From NCBI GenBank assembly GCA_040954595.2, contig CM082577.2:12965903-13029902 (forward strand): a stretch of DNA of 64,000 bases, read 5' to 3'. Origin of the DNA: Balanoglossus misakiensis (taxonomy: Eukaryota > Animalia > Hemichordata). This document shows, in pieces, positions 49,001 through 63,650 of the stretch (positions within the stretch are counted from its first letter, which is position 1; every line of letters begins with the position of its first letter). The position numbers were made by a program, and so were the translations under genes. Below the pieces are notes generated by a model. The model did not search any database and was not told the origin of the DNA. It saw only the letters and a program-made list of their open reading frames with translations.

Positions 49001-52000
49001 GTCGATAATAGAAGAAATCTGCTGACTCAGCAATTTTCACCAATGGTTTGTCTATGGGCAAAAATTTTAACGCAATTTATCTCAAAATAGAGCGCGGTGA
49101 CCCCTATATTTTATTTGACCAGTGAATTTATATTTGCTGGACTGAGCTATGTGTAAAATTTCGTGAAAATGACAATAGTAGAAGTTTGTTTTCTGGCGAT
49201 TATCAATGTAATCCTATGGGAAAAAGACCGGGCGCGCAGTGTTTCCGGTTTATATTCTGCGCGTGCATCCTTAAAAGGAGATAAGAGCTTGAGTTCTTTT
49301 TTAAATACTCCACCTGTGTTTTGTGATAAAAGTATTCTGAAAAAAATTTACTGGAACATACAGTGGCCCTTTAATACAACAACTACCCATTTCGAATTTT
49401 GTAAAAGTGACTCAATTTTGCCTGATTGCAAACTTCTTGTCTAGATTTATTCTCTGCCTTGGATGCAACCAATGACAGTACTGGATTGACCACCGCCAAG
49501 TCCTTTGGAATTCAGTCATACGGAGTTTCTATGACAACCCTGGAGGAAGTTTTCCTCAAACTTGGTGAGGAGCAAGAGGTAGATGTTGAAGAGGGGGAGG
49601 GAGAGGAGGATTATTTGATTAACCGAACTCAGATAGGTAAGGCTCATCAGCCCATCATATGTGTGCATAATTCGTGTATGCATGTACCCAGTGCCACACA
49701 TAGGTGGTGTAGACTAGAAGTCAGGGAATATACACAAGAATCAAGATTAGAAAAAAAATATACCTATCCTACAGTGCACTTCAGACATGATGTGGTTTTT
49801 ACAACAAAAGCACATTGCTCTCCCTAAATTTGTAGTAAGTGTACAATTGATGGTCTGCATGCATTCAATTCATGAGCCAGTTGCGTTTGTGATAGTTATC
49901 CCAAAAGTAGCAGCGTGCGTGACTTTAAAGTAGAGAAAAACATAATGATAGTAGTGAGTTGTTATATATATATAGCACAAGTATCCATAATTGTGCTCAA
50001 GGCTGTTTACAATTATTACCCCTGGTCATTGGACCTTATTGAATTCCATTCTACTTCCTGGGGCAAGCAACGGCTCACATGTGCAGCCATAAGCTCACAC
50101 ACATTGCAATTTCTATCCTACCAGAATATGCAGTCACATAAATTATCTGTTTAATTGCAATTCAGTTTTGAAATGGAAAGTAGAATCGTGAAGTTGAACA
50201 CTGTCTGATATATATTTAAAATCCTACAATGTTGACTTTGGCTTTTCTGGCAGGTACCAGTGGAATGCAATTGGGCAGTGGTGAAGACACAGGAGGAATG
50301 GGATATGACAATCTAGCAGGTGAGAAAAGAAAACAAACACACTCATCATACTCTGGCTATGATTGGTGAATTCAATCATCTTCCAGGAGGTAAATAGGTT
50401 AATGTGATAAGTCCTTAATGTGATGTCTGGCGAGGGGTTATTGACAGTCAACAACGGCAGAGTTCCAGAGAAAGGTTCTTTATTGAACAGCAACCACGCG
50501 GGAACTTGAAGTTACAGGAAATTACGTGTGACAATCACCTGACCACGACATGTCATCACACTTTATACAATTGCGTTGCTATACAGCTCCTGAGTGAAGC
50601 AGAATTATTGAAAGATATTCATCTTGCATTCAGACAACAAATACGTCCCATTGATGATTTGGAGAACAAACAACAGAGCTCAGCAGTTAAACATGGTAAA
50701 CACTAGATGAGCCCAGAAATGATTCATATTTCATGTTTATCCACTGGTATTCATTCATATATCTACCATATTTCCACAGTTTGTTCTGGAGTATAGGCCT
50801 ATAAGCCAGCTGGCAAATATTTCATTAAACTGCAGTTATATATTGTCTTGCTCTAAACACTTCAAAAAATTGCTTTCAATCAACATTTCAATGTTTCCTG
50901 TCAATTTAAAATAAAGGCCGACAAACTATGACAAATGTCCCAAGAAAGCAGATGTTCTAGCATTGTACTGTCACTTTTGTGTAAGTTTGCCTGATATGAC
51001 ATGCTGGACTTGGCATCATTATCATCACTCGATGCCCCTGGAGGTTTGATACAGTGTGACTGTGTGACATCGACAGTTCTCATATTCAACTGATGGTACT
51101 GAGGATTCACCAGAACATTTGCTGGAGAAATGATGTCTACCAGCAACAATGCCCAATTTGTCTCAGATGTCTCTGAAGGGGTGTCTCAATTTACTATTCA
51201 TGTCTTATTCATGTTATATTAAAACACCATTTTATTTGCTTTCTTTGCTAACCCTGATGTCAAATTGCAGAAAATCTCCCAAAGCCAGGTAGTGTTTTCA
51301 ATTTCATTCAGTAGATACATAACTATAGTGTTTGTGTATATGTTTGGTCTTAGGTCACATTTCCACCGTTCCAAAACACATACAACATTCTTCCTCTCCT
51401 ACTCTCCCATGTTTCAGATAAACTAACCCTGCAACTTGTTATTCATATGTAAACACCAGGATTAGAATAAAGTGAATGTATCACTGTTTTAGGCGTTGTC
51501 AAATGAACAATCAAAATTTACCCCTTTTGTAGAAATGCACACTCTCAGCTGATAACTTAGTGCAACATTTTATGAAAATGACATGCATGTATATATATGT
51601 ATATGTGTGTGCGTTTGCATGTGTACACATCCATGTACAATGTACATTTCCCAGTTAAGTTATGCATGAACATTTGCCACATTTTCATGAATATACTATT
51701 GTTCAAATTAACTACAGACTGTTTTCTGTAGGTTTCGATGACCCACACGCCCTCTCTATTTTGACTGACCAATGTGAGAACCTACTGTATTTTGATGTGC
51801 CTATGTGGGAGCCACTTCATTTTGATTGGTGCAGGTGGAAGCCAAGTTTAATGTGATTGGCTTTTTGGGGGAAGGCAACTAAGAATGGCTCCTATGATAG
51901 CCAGATTACTTTGACCTATAAAAGGGACTGCCCTCTCACTGCAGTGTTTATAAGTGAAAGGGCAATCAAAAATGTAAGATCTCACATTCAGTTCTTTATA

Positions 52001-54510
52001 AATATTTTATCGATTAACACCAAATCGCAAAGTACCAGGTAACCCCCCCCCCCCCTTTAATTGTGTCATTGTTTATTATCAAAATTTGTCAAAAATCAGT
52101 GTAGCATAGACTTTATCAAAATGTTGTTCTCTTCTAATCCATGCAGTGTCCCGGGAATCCTTGTCTGCAACAGTAACTGAGAGAGATCAAGATGACACCA
52201 GTGCAGTAGTGGTTGTCAAAGCAGGTGCATTGGATTGTAAGCAGATTGCACAGAGAGAAATGGAACCAGGACAGAATCAAATCTCGGCATTGGCTATGGT
52301 CCGAGTCAGAATTGCAATGAGAAACTCAAAGGTAACCCAATTTTTTATGTACATGATATTTACTTTATTATGGTGACTTAAAGGGACAAAATCTCTCTCT
52401 CTCTGTCGCTGCCTTTTTTACATTAATTATGTTTGATCCAAGACACCGTTTATGTCAATGTACATGTACATGTATATATATAGTGAATCAACGTTCGACC
52501 ACACAATTTCCATCCCGTTTGTAGGATATGAGAGTAAAAAACTCGCCGAAATGAATAAATGGTAGACAACGATTATTCCTTTTGGCGAGTTTTTTCACTC
52601 GTGTCTACAAGTGGGATGGAAGGTGTGTGTGGTCGAACGTTGATTCACAATATAGACATGAAGAATAACATAAACAGTGTCTTGTATCAAACATAATTAA
52701 TGGTAAAAAGGCAGCAAGAGAGAGACTTTGTCCCTTTAAAGCTCCAATAGATGTAACTTTTCGCAATGTTTGTTTTGTGTATCTACTGTATTTCCTTGTT
52801 TATATTCTTGAGAAATGATGCTCATCAACATAACATGTATGTGTATAGTCGACACTGTAATTGTACTAAATTTGTATTCTAGTCCTGACTAGAATTCATT
52901 TGTCAACAGGCTATGTTGACAAGTGTTGAACGTTGAATATACTCAGTGCCTGAGTATATTCGCTTTTTGTTTGGATAGAGGAAAAAATTGCATTCGATTC
53001 ATAGAATAAAAATACTGTAAATAAGGCCAAACGATACAGCGAATGTCCCTTGAAAATGTGCTAAACTTGGCCAAAACCAGCCTGGAGTTCATTTTCAAAC
53101 TGGCTGAATTCAACATTCCGGCGGCAACTCACATCAAATTTTACTAAAGATCAAATGTTCAGGTCACTGGCCCTTATGAGGAGTTTCATTTACTGCATCG
53201 CAATATGCACACATGCAACTTACTAGCTCTGCATGGCAGGGCTGTGTGTTGTTACTGTCTGCACCTTCAATCACAGCCCGGCCAGCTGAATCTCAAAGAC
53301 TAGCATGGCACTGCATTGACACTTTTATGTCAGAAGCCAGGTTCTTCAACTGAAAACTGCTGATTGTAGAAATTTATAAGCACAACTGAATGAGCTCAGT
53401 GTGTGTCCAAATTGAGGTAGGCATGCTCCAAAATGCAAACCAACGTGTGATCTGAGTTCACAATCGGCTGCCATGAAGACCCCCATAGTATTACAACGTT
53501 ATGAAAATCTCTCCCATTCTCTTCCTAGGCATACTTCCTTAGGATCATCATGCCATCAATATTCATGATTGTAGGCATTGTCTTGGTCAAGTTCATCTCG
53601 AGCCCTTCCACCGATCCGGCTAACTATGCCCCACTCATCCTGCGACCAGATCTCTACCTTGCCAAGCCTGCTGCAGAGCTGACTCCGGAGAAAACACAAT
53701 TGTTGTACAAGAACTCCACAGGTAAAGCAAGAATTACAGGAAAATGTTCTAATCATAGAAATTTGTACCACTACCCTGATCACCTCCTAGTCTGTACCTT
53801 CAAGGGAAACAACAATTCATCCCACTGCTTGAGTTTCAGCGAGTTCTTTCTGCGTTCACCTCCTTTTTCTTGTTTGATATGCATGCATTCATAACTAATG
53901 TATGCGCATATGATTGAGAGTATGTAGGACTGATAGTTTTCATGACTGATAGTATTTCATGCAAACATCCAATACAACTGCTTCAAACACACATAACTAA
54001 ATTAATCTATCCAGTGGCTCTGAGTTTGTCATCAGCTACTCTGGTATTTCTTGAATCTGGCAAGAGTCCATGGCTGTCACATCAACAGGCAATAGTTAGG
54101 AGATTTTTCAATTTGGAAATGTTATCACTGTCTCTTCACAGATATGGCCATTCTTTCTTTGTCACATGACTCATTCAGGCCAATCGCATCACTGCATGAG
54201 CGTGCCCTATGTGGTGCTAATAATAATAATGAGGGATCCACAGTCAGATAGGAATGTATTGATTGTAAATCAATCACACTTAATAGTAATACTTTCTCCT
54301 TTCTCTTAGATGATGATTTATCAACACTGCTGTCACAGTTTGACAGACTAGAGTTCCAATATAAAGAGGACAATCTCTCAGATCTTCTAGACAAACAACC
54401 CAACCATCTTGGTGTCAATGTATACAATTGGAGTCAGGTTGGTGTTTTTCACATAATTGATTAGCTGCATTTACAATTAGGATTTTTGTTACAGCACTGT
54501 TATTTGGCAG

Positions 54511-54542
<32 letters not shown>

Positions 54543-54570
54543 ATGTATGTATGTATTTGTTATTTGGCAG

Positions 54571-54614
<44 letters not shown>

Positions 54615-57600
54615 ATGTATGTATGTATGTATGTATGTATGTATGTATGTATGTATGTATGTATGTATGTATGTATGTATGTATGTATGTATGTATGTTT
54701 GTTTGTTTGTTTGTTTGTTTGTTTGTTTGTTTGTTTGTTTGCAGGCTAACAGCCCAGGATTGAGGGATGAGCCTTTAAGTCAGAAATGAGTAAAGTGAAA
54801 TTAAAAGATGGAAATGTGCTGATCAAAATAAACATTTTGTTGCACACTTATAGAACTAAAATTGAAAACTGGAATTTTGAAATGAAATAAGATCTTCAAT
54901 ATTAACCACTTTGTGGGCGTACTTAATATACGGTACAATGTACATCACACGGACTAAACGAAACTGATGAACATCTCCGATTTCACATTTCAGGGATTTC
55001 AAAGTCACTTCAACGCTTTGTACAATGACACCGCTCAACACTCTTTGCCAATCATTGTGAGCATTCTGACCAATGCCCTGTATGGAGCTGTAAGTGAAGA
55101 CGACAACAACATCACCGTCAGCAGTCAGCCTTTTCCCAGAACCTCCGAGTCCCCCACATTTACCATGGGTCTCTTATTTGCGTATTTCTTTGCCATGGCT
55201 TTGACTGGAGTTGGAACTGGCTTTGCCGTGGATCTTGTCAAGGACAGGGAGGTCAGATGTTCAATTTTTGCAACACGCTGTCTATGCATGGTGCTGTAAA
55301 CAAGCAAAATCGATCGGTATAAACATATTGACTGGCCATGTGGGCAACAGCATACGTCTGTTGCCCGAGGGACTGATGACGTTGTTTTATCTGTTTAAGA
55401 ACGCATACCATGTGACAATCGATTGACGAATGAGAACACAGACTGTGGATGAGGTGTGTTACAAAACCCATGTTAGCCATTTATTGTAAATTGTAAAATA
55501 AATATATTTAAAAACTTTCATGAATAAACTGATTTCATTGCAGATCAAAGCTAAATCTCAACTACGGATTTCTGGACTGAGACTCACAAACTACTGGCTG
55601 ACCTCGTTTCTCATAGACCTGGCCCAGTATTGCATCCCAGCAGTCATTGGAATCATCTTGCTGCTTGCCTTCCAAGTAGAGAGCTTCATGCAGGCTGGGG
55701 CCATGTTTAGTCTGCTGTTGCTACTCATCATCTGGTTGCCAACTCACACTATATTCTTCTATTGTTTGTCCTTCATTTTCGATAAGTCTGTCACCTGTGA
55801 AACACTTCTCCCATGGATAGGAAATATAGTAAGTACCTATTCTTCTCTCATACCTGTATGTATGCTACAATGTATATGCTCTTCTTTTTTCTTAATTGCT
55901 CCTCAAATCACAACACTGGTGACGATATCAATAAAATTTGTGTCAAAATTTATTTTATATATTCAAGCAAATATGTGGTATCAACCTATTCTCAGGTTCT
56001 GAGAAACTTATTCAAAAAGTGATCTTGTGAACAGAGTGATTTCTTCTTAGCTAAACTGTAGATGAGAGCATTTGTTTAACCAGCGTTCGCATAACAACGT
56101 CGATCTCGTCTAAAATATCAGGAAACCAAAGCAACAAGCAGTTTTGAACAAAATGGCATTTATTACAAGAAATAATATTTATAAATTATAATGCATAGAA
56201 AAGATGACCCACTATTTTCTCTTAATAGACCATTTCTGCATGGGTCAGCAGTTTATATGGGGGGGGGGGATATTTTTCATGCATAACAAAACAAAAAAAC
56301 TTTGGCATTTGTTTCATACAAAGCTTGATTGTATTACTTTGCTACTGTACAGTGATAAAATAAGAATTTAGAGAGATCTTACTAAGTATCGATCAGAAAA
56401 TGGTCCCGGCCATGTCATGTGCCAGAAGCATCAACTTATCAAGATGGATGCTTTTTTGTCCCTTGATTCAAAATACAATAAGTTGTTGAAGCCTCAGGGT
56501 GCAGCTTCAACACTGTTTTTGTAAAAAAAAAATTACACAACTTATTCAAGACGAAAATAGTTTTCTGGATTCACCAAAATCAAAGCTTAGCAGATACGTA
56601 GCAGATACATGCCTTGATTATTAACTCCCTGTTTAACACATTATTGTACTCGGGTATACGTCGCTCTGTAAATGTAAAGGGGAAGTTCAGTCTGACTGAT
56701 ATGTACACGTATTTCCTAATGTGATCTTAAAGGGAAGCGGTCGTCGTGCCGCCTGGGTGTCCCCCTGGATGAGAATATGTCCTCCCATACCAGAGCAAAA
56801 CCTCACTGCAGTCACCACGACCTACTGTGGGATCTTCAGTTGCTGTCGTGCCCGGTCCAGCTACTGGATTTGTGGATAAATTGTAATGTTTATGAACAAA
56901 CAAACGTGGTGCAATGACCCCTTCATCTTAAAATCTAAATCTGTGCATCTGAAGAGAAACGAACATTAAAGGCACGTAAGCTGCAACTGGATAAAAAATT
57001 AAAGTTTTAAATAATCTCATATATGCTTTTAATTATGTCTATTAAATGCTATTTCATGATAATATATCAAGCTCAACACTTATTTATGACAAAATGGCCA
57101 AAAATTAAAGAAAAACGAAAATTCCTGCAATTTTTAAAAAAGTGCAATATTGCAATGAAAAATGAAAATCTGATGTCTCAGTGGTGTACATTTACTTCCA
57201 TGAGCTGAAGTGGATGAGATCATGTTTTGTTTATGAAGTTTCACAACCGGAAATGCGACATTTTCATTGTTTCTTGCATTTTCCCACAGTGGCGGCCATA
57301 ATCGCTTGCGGCAAAGCTTTATTATTTATCTGGTTAAAACTTGCATATGCACTCATATTTAGGGTTTATAGTGCTTGTTTATTGTTCACTGCCTTCATCT
57401 GCATGGACTAATGGTAGTGCTGTTTGAAACAAAAATTATGAAAATTATCCCAAAAGTTACAGCTTACGTGCCTTTAAACGAAGATGTGCAGTCCTCTTTA
57501 AACGCAGTGAGCTGTGAAGTTCGTCATAAAAACTTCCCAAGTACATTTTGCACTTAAACTTATTCTGCTGTTGTTGTTTATTTTGCAGGGTCTTGTCCTG

Positions 57601-60600
57601 TTTGCAGCACCTGTAGTAGCCCTTGATCTGATAGGTTATCCAACCATCGCTGGAATTTTGAATATTGTCTTTTCTTTCATCTTTCCTTCGTATGCGATCT
57701 TTGGTGGTCTATACTACATTGATCGGGTAAGTCATCATTCCATGATGTTTGTGAATAAAAAAGAAGGGATAGTCACACTCAGAGTTTGCTTTTGCCATGG
57801 AATACTGAATTTTCTTGTCATTATGTTGGTGGTATAGGGAAGCTACTGCATATTCCTTCAGTTAAAGGTATACAGTCACCTCCAATTAACATACGCTTAT
57901 ATTTGGCAAGATTATCCAGTTTCATGCATTTCATTGGTGAGTGACTGTTCAATAGTAATGCAAAAGGCCATATTTCAAACACTTGATAATTGTACTCTTT
58001 ACAATTCAATCTCTGTTTAGGTGTATATACAGGCATTATTTCGTGAAGGAGTAGACAGTATTGAATTTGAAGATTATTTCAAACCTGAGAGTTATATATT
58101 CCCCGTTTACATATCAGTAAGTATTATTTTTTCATGTGTTTTGAAAAACTTAACCAATCTTCCTAATTATATTTAAATCAAAATAATTTTATATGACATC
58201 ATAATCTATGGATCATCATGACGGCCTATGTTGGGTTAAAAGCCAGTGTTTCTTCTAAGGCATATTCGCTTAGTGTCTCTGTCTGCTGTTTTGCACTACA
58301 GGTTACAAAACCAATTGAATGAAATGAATTGAAACAGCATATCCAAAATGCTACGTACTCATGCACTGAATCATATGTGTCCCTAAAGAATGTTGGCCTG
58401 GCACATGCCAAACAATATAGTGCGATATTTTGTGATACATAAAAATATGTCGCCAGACGTTGCAATATAAAAAAACAGGCAGTGTGATCTTTGCCGATGG
58501 TAATCAACAGCCAACCCCCCCCCCCTCCCCCCCCCAAAAAAAATCCAGAAATTGTGTTTACTGTGCACTTTTAATTATCCGAGGCCCATGTATACCATGC
58601 GCCAAAAAGTATGTTTTTGGCTTTTCTCATCTGCATTGTGTTAGATAATTAGTTCGTCCATATTTAGGCATCAATACTAATGCCAAATTGTCAAAATTTG
58701 TTCCACTACTAAATAAAGAGTGAAAATTAGCATGGGCTCTTGACAAGTTATAGACCTCATTTGTAAAATATTCATGTGATCCAAGTATGTATCCCACTTT
58801 CACAAAATGGAAATTGATACGAAAAGATTGTTTAAATATTGACCTGTAACAGGGGTATTTAAGTTTAACACTTCCCTTTTTTTATTTGTCAATTATAGCT
58901 TCTGGGAGCCTTCACTGTGTTTATCCTGCTGATGAGAATTTTGGAAAGTAGAAGCTTAGGCAGTCCAGTGGCAGACTCCTTCAGGTGAGATAGCAATCAA
59001 ATAATGGCTGCAATGTGTCTCATTTGAGATGTGGTACAGTGTGGTTTGCTTTGATTTGTTAGCTTCTTTGTTAGGTGAATATTAAATAGTGTGTTATGTT
59101 TTCTATATCTGTTTCTGGAATTTTGAAGTCAACATGCTCAGGTCATTCATATGTCAGCGGAGAAGTTTCCAATTACTTTTATCATTGCAAGTGTAGCTGT
59201 AAATGTTTGTCATTTTAGATTTTTACAATAGATACCTGTATAACTGCATCCTGTAAATTTATGTATTACAACACTTGCTGTAAATTAATTACACTTCTTC
59301 AAATTGTTACCATAGAAATAAACAAGCTATTAATTATCAAAACTATTAAGCCACCACCAGTTCAAATTTTATTGATACAATTATTATATTTTGTGAAATC
59401 ATGTTTTGTGCATGGTTTATGTGTTGTGTTTGTAGAACAATTCATTTTCGCAATAGAGAATAGATCATAATATTCTCAACATTGTATTTTCATTCAACAA
59501 CTTTAGATGTGGAAAGCCAACTCAAGTCAGCATGAAACCTAACGAAGACGTGATCGAGGATGAAGATAATGATGTCCAACATGAACGAGAGAGAGTCAGT
59601 GCATTTGATAGCAGTTCTGTTAGTAACCAAGACTCTGTAAGTTGGTCATACATGTTCATCAATGCATTGGAATGTTGTGGCTAATGTCTTTGATCAACCA
59701 TTCTTTTCAAAGACAATACAACATGCAGATCTACCGGTATATGTAGGATACTGAGAACATCCTGGACTTGTATTGCCAATTTCATGGAGAGACAAGTTCG
59801 AGAGAGCAATTTTGTGAAAGTAGCAGAAGAAATTATTTACTATCTTCATAAAATTACACTTTCTGGTGGCACTGGTTGTAGCTGTGTTGAGACCCAAATC
59901 CCTTTGCACCATGAATATTCTATACGCACAATCATCCCTTGATGTTCTCAAGTGTCCATCATAAAAAGAATTCTGTCAACCTGTCGACTTTTACTTTTTA
60001 TTAGCATGTTTATCTTATCTTATGACCGTTTTTTTTAAGTTGGCATGCACATGTAACAAGTATTTCACTACAGATCGGTGTTTAGAACATGGTCCTGTAT
60101 AACATGTGTTGTTAGGTTCTTTTGTTAGCACTTATATATGTTGAATATTGCATGATTTGTGGCCAAAACACATTTCTCGACAATTGCAAATCATGTTCTT
60201 TTTGTACTTAATTCTTTTCTTTTCTTTCAATTTCTTTCTAGCAAACAGCTGTCTTGATAAAGGGTTTGAGGAAAACCTTTGCAGAAGCAAAATCCAAGAA
60301 GAGTGGCAAAGGGGGTAAGAAAGGCAAGGGCAAGGGTGGAAATACCAAGATTGCTGTCAGGAACTTCTCACTCTGTGTTCCGCGCGGGGAAGTGTTTGGT
60401 TTGCTGGGGCCGAATGGAGCTGGCAAAACTACAACTATCAACATGGTGACTGCAGATATCAGTCCAGATTGTGGAAAGGTAAGTGAAACAGAACAGCTTT
60501 GATCAAATTCTTTGAGTGACAAATAGACTTAACAAGCTGTATGTACTGTTAAAACCTCTACAGCTGCCACTTTTTGCATTATTTTCACAATTTTATTTTC

Positions 60601-63334
60601 CAACTTATATTGGTCCATCTGAATAAGCTTACTGATAGGTATACATGAACACCTTATAGATGCTCGATTGTGACTGCATGTTGCAATATGAACACGCTAT
60701 GTATTCAGCAGGTGCCACACCGATTTAATCAGCCTCCATATAAACAGTACACAGCTATCGTGGTATGCGTTGCCAAGAGATGACAAACTGATACAAATGC
60801 AAGTTATATGGTTTAATGTGAGGATTTCAGAGTTTAGGGAATATATTTGAAGAATTTTATTGTGGAAACAAATATGTGAAATTTGGCAGCTATTGGGGCT
60901 TTAATAACATTTTGAACTTTTGTAAAATTTGATGCATCACCGAAGTCATAAGTCATCTTTATTGTACCACACAGGTTGCAGTAGGCAGTTATGATATTAC
61001 ATCACCATTGTCAGATGCATTCCAGATGGTTGGATTCTGTCCACAAATTGATCCACTATGGGAGGATCTGACCACCAGAGAGCACCTGGAAACCTATGCT
61101 GCCATCAAAGGGATTCATCCAAAAGATCAGGGTGACATTGCCACATAGTAAGTATGTGTGTACACTCATAAGACACTTTTATAGTAGCGTAGTAGTGGCT
61201 GGACAGCAGACTGCAGAGTATATACCGATTAGACACTGATTATTCATTTTGGCAAGTTTTTCACTCTTGTGTTTACAAGTTGTGTGTGGTTGAACATATG
61301 TACATTAATATGAATGGTGTCTCGTATCAAACATAATTAATGGAAAAAGGGCAGCGAGAGAGGGACTTTATCCCTTTAATGGTGAGGATTTTAAAGGATA
61401 GGGAATAGAATTGAAGTAGTTTATTCTGGAAAAAATATGTGATGCTGTGTACGTTGTTTTAAATGGAAGGTTTATGGATAGCAACATGCAACAATAGCAG
61501 ATGACTTTATTTGGGCAACTGGGCAAGGTGTGATTCCCACGCATAGTTACACTTGGACATAATCCATGATGATATCAGTCACAAACCATTTTGAATTCTC
61601 TTCTTTCTCAGTTTCATGAAATGTCTGAAAATCTTTAAGCATGCAGACAAAAAGGCAAAAGAACTATCAGGTGGAACAAAGAGAAAGGTGAGTAAGTTTA
61701 AAGTTGCCTTTGGGGTTTGCTTACTGTGTTGCATGAAATTATGTGGAAAGTAGCAACATTGTCCTCTTTAGGGGAAGAGTTTGACTTGACGTTTTTGATC
61801 AAAAAAAAAAACTTTTTTTCTGTTCATATGTCAGCGGCAGCGTCCTAGGAAAGTTCTTCTATTTTCATCCACTTACTATCTTATTCATTCTCAATGTCAA
61901 AGGTGCTCTTGTGGATTGAGTATGTGTTGGACTTTACTAAGTATAAGATGAAATGAAAGTGATATAACAGCTGATATACAGTACAGAGGATGTACTTGAA
62001 TGTGCATTTCCTATCAAATGGATTTGGAGGTTCCTCGATGCTCTCATGTGACTTCTTAAGTGTCTGGTGTCCACAAAACACTTCAGAAGACAGCATGCCA
62101 CATGTTATTTCAGAGTAGGCCTATTGACACACATGCATCTGATGGATATTTCTTTACAGTTGTGTTTCTGTATCAGTATGCTGGGAGAGCCTGACATTGT
62201 GTTGCTGGATGAACCCTCAACTGGTATGGACCCTGGTGCGAAGAGATTCCTCTGGTAAGGATGCTCATCACGTCATGAACTCTGTAACAACCCAATCTGA
62301 TTAATATCAGATGTAGGGTACGGCGATGTCTTTTGCTTCGCGGTACGGTATTCTTTATGCTGTCGCCTCACACTACATCTGACCAACTCCCATAGGAGCT
62401 CCCGTTCAAACTCTCATTGCGGTCAGGCCAATCAGATTGCATGTTACGTCGATCTACACTGAAGTATACATATCATTCTCTATAAGGCGGCTTCTGATTG
62501 GTTTACTGGCGCCGTAAAGAGATTTTGAATGGGAACTTCTATGGGAGTTGGTCAGATGTAATGTGAGGCGACAGCATAAGAATACCAGTACCGCAAAGTA
62601 AAAGACGTCGCCGTACCCTACATCTGATTTTAAGCAGACTGGTAACAACCTTACATGCACCAACCAGTATATTGTAACTAGTGTACTAGCTGCTCTTGTG
62701 GGGAGTGCAGAATGAGTGAAGTTATTGAATTAGCAGTTGAGGAGACTACATGCATCATGACCCATTTATGACATATTAACAGCACATGGCTGACTTATTT
62801 AATCACTTTGATTTGTATTCATTAAAATGTAGATGTAACCAATTAGACTCTATGGCAGTTGCTGTGCCAGGCAAAGCGACTGTACGTTTCTGTACACATA
62901 TATTTGATATGAATATTCATGAGTAACGCTAGGGGGTTTATGCTTGGTAAGTATGGTATAGAACACCATGTTGATGCGCCGTTGATTGACAGACATAAGA
63001 GGTTCGAATGTTCTCTGCGCTTTCAAATGTTGTAATACCACTTGAGGGTGTTTACAGAATCGGCAGGACGTTCTAACGCGGACGCGCATTTCAGTATCAC
63101 ACAGTCTTGGAGCAAGACCAGTAACAAATGTAAAGAATTGCTTAGTGCTTCTGGTAAAAGTGGAGAAATTAAAGAAAAGTGCAAATTTACATTGATGGAT
63201 ATTTTGATACTCAACAGGGACACTGTGACAGCCAGCTTTGTTGGTGACAGAGGAGCCATTTTGACAACTCATTCCATGGAAGAAGCTGATGCGGTGTGTT
63301 CCCGAGTGGGCATCATGACGCAGGGGCAGCTCAG
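37027..63334 (+). CDS. ABC transporter subfamily A (ABCA5-like), ~30 exons in the window, 3' end beyond the right edge
   Basis: Exon 1 [29 protein letters not shown]| joins EIFWPVYF (40063). [20 protein letters not shown]1: GHNGAGKTT (45657-45943), LSGGQKRKL (46410-46529), [21 protein letters not shown] (46902-47040), [33 protein letters not shown]2 at 53529-58984. NBD2: GPNGAGKTT (60242-60478), [28 protein letters not shown] (63218-63334). GT-AG exons are phase-consistent where checked. Confidence 0.95.
37144..37224. mobile_element. Miniature hairpin element with TAG..CTA ends and flanking duplication
   Basis: TAGCCCTGCGTACAGGT...ACCTGTACGCAGGGCTA, with GTCACACCT on both sides; a related left end occurs at ~42667. 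Confidence 0.65.
37583..39040 (-). mobile_element. Helentron-associated (HINE/DINE-1-like) non-autonomous element with an internal ~146-bp tandem array (~8 copies)
   Basis: Sub-terminal IR AGCTCTGCTGAC (~37607) pairs with GACAGCAGAGCT (~39026). Terminal hairpin at 39008-39037, (GACG/GAC)n microsatellite at 38963-38987, small palindrome GACCTATCGGTC near the AACAAG end, and array at 37800-38950. Confidence 0.8.
44618..44803. mobile_element. Harbinger-type MITE, short copy
   Basis: TTA|GGCTGCATTCACAAAC...GTTTGTGAATGCAGCC|TTA. Confidence 0.85.
47803..48010. mobile_element. Tc1/mariner-type MITE (TA TSD)
   Basis: TA|CTGTAAAACACTTTATTTTTCGCGA...TCGCGAAAATAAAGTGTTTTACAG|TA. Confidence 0.85.
48858..49270. 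mobile_element. Kolobok-type element, inverted relative of 12052-12673
   Basis: TTAA|GGACGTACG...GCGTGCATCC|TTAA. Confidence 0.75.
52382..52735. mobile_element. Kolobok-type palindromic MITE
   Basis: TTAA|AGGGACAAA...TTTGTCCCT|TTAA with long imperfect inverted halves. Confidence 0.8.
54512..54741. repeat. Compound microsatellite (TCTG)n(TATG)n(TTTG)n
   Basis: Directly visible. Confidence 0.96.
56970..57473. mobile_element. Kolobok-type MITE
   Basis: TTAA|AGGCACGTAAGCTGCAAC...GTTACAGCTTACGTGCCT|TTAA. Confidence 0.82.
60553..60900. mobile_element. Kolobok-type MITE (degenerate TIR)
   Basis: TTAA|AACCTCTACAGCTGCCA...TGGCAGCTATTGGGGCT|TTAA; similar ends at ~45320 and ~52740. Confidence 0.6.
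62290..62643. mobile_element. Palindromic MITE with ~130-bp arms
   Basis: ATCAGATGTAGGGTACGGCGA...CATCTGACCAACTCCCATAG is mirrored on the right. Confidence 0.82.
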
Positions 63335-63431
63335 GTAAATGGATTAACCCCCTAAAATCCAGTTATATAATTGTAACAGATGTGAACTTGGCATATGTAT
63401 CTTGTGTGGAAGTTTAGTGGGGCAGATAAGC

Positions 63432-63650
63432 TTGGCATAATTGTGCACTTTGGGTTAAAAGCATGAAATTTGGTACTTATGCATTGACCCATAGCGGGCA
63501 TTTTTCAATATGGATCCAAAGTGACAGCGCCCTCTAGTGGCCAGAAACAGACTTTCATACTTTAAAATTGTGCACTTCAGGTTAAAAGCATGAAATTTGG
63601 TACAATTATTCATTGCCCCATGGCTGACATTTTTCAATATGGATCCAAAA
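63432..63650. repeat. Reverse-oriented copy of the 30530-31050 CTCF/YY1 repeat family
   Basis: TTGGCATAATTGTGCACTTTGGGTTAAAAGCA is shared with 30530; AGCGCCCTCTAGTGGCCA at 63526-63543. Confidence 0.85.

Noticed and set aside
50400-51200. Possible nested gene in an ABCA intron
   Set aside because: Only short ORFs, with no recognisable motif or consistent splice pattern.
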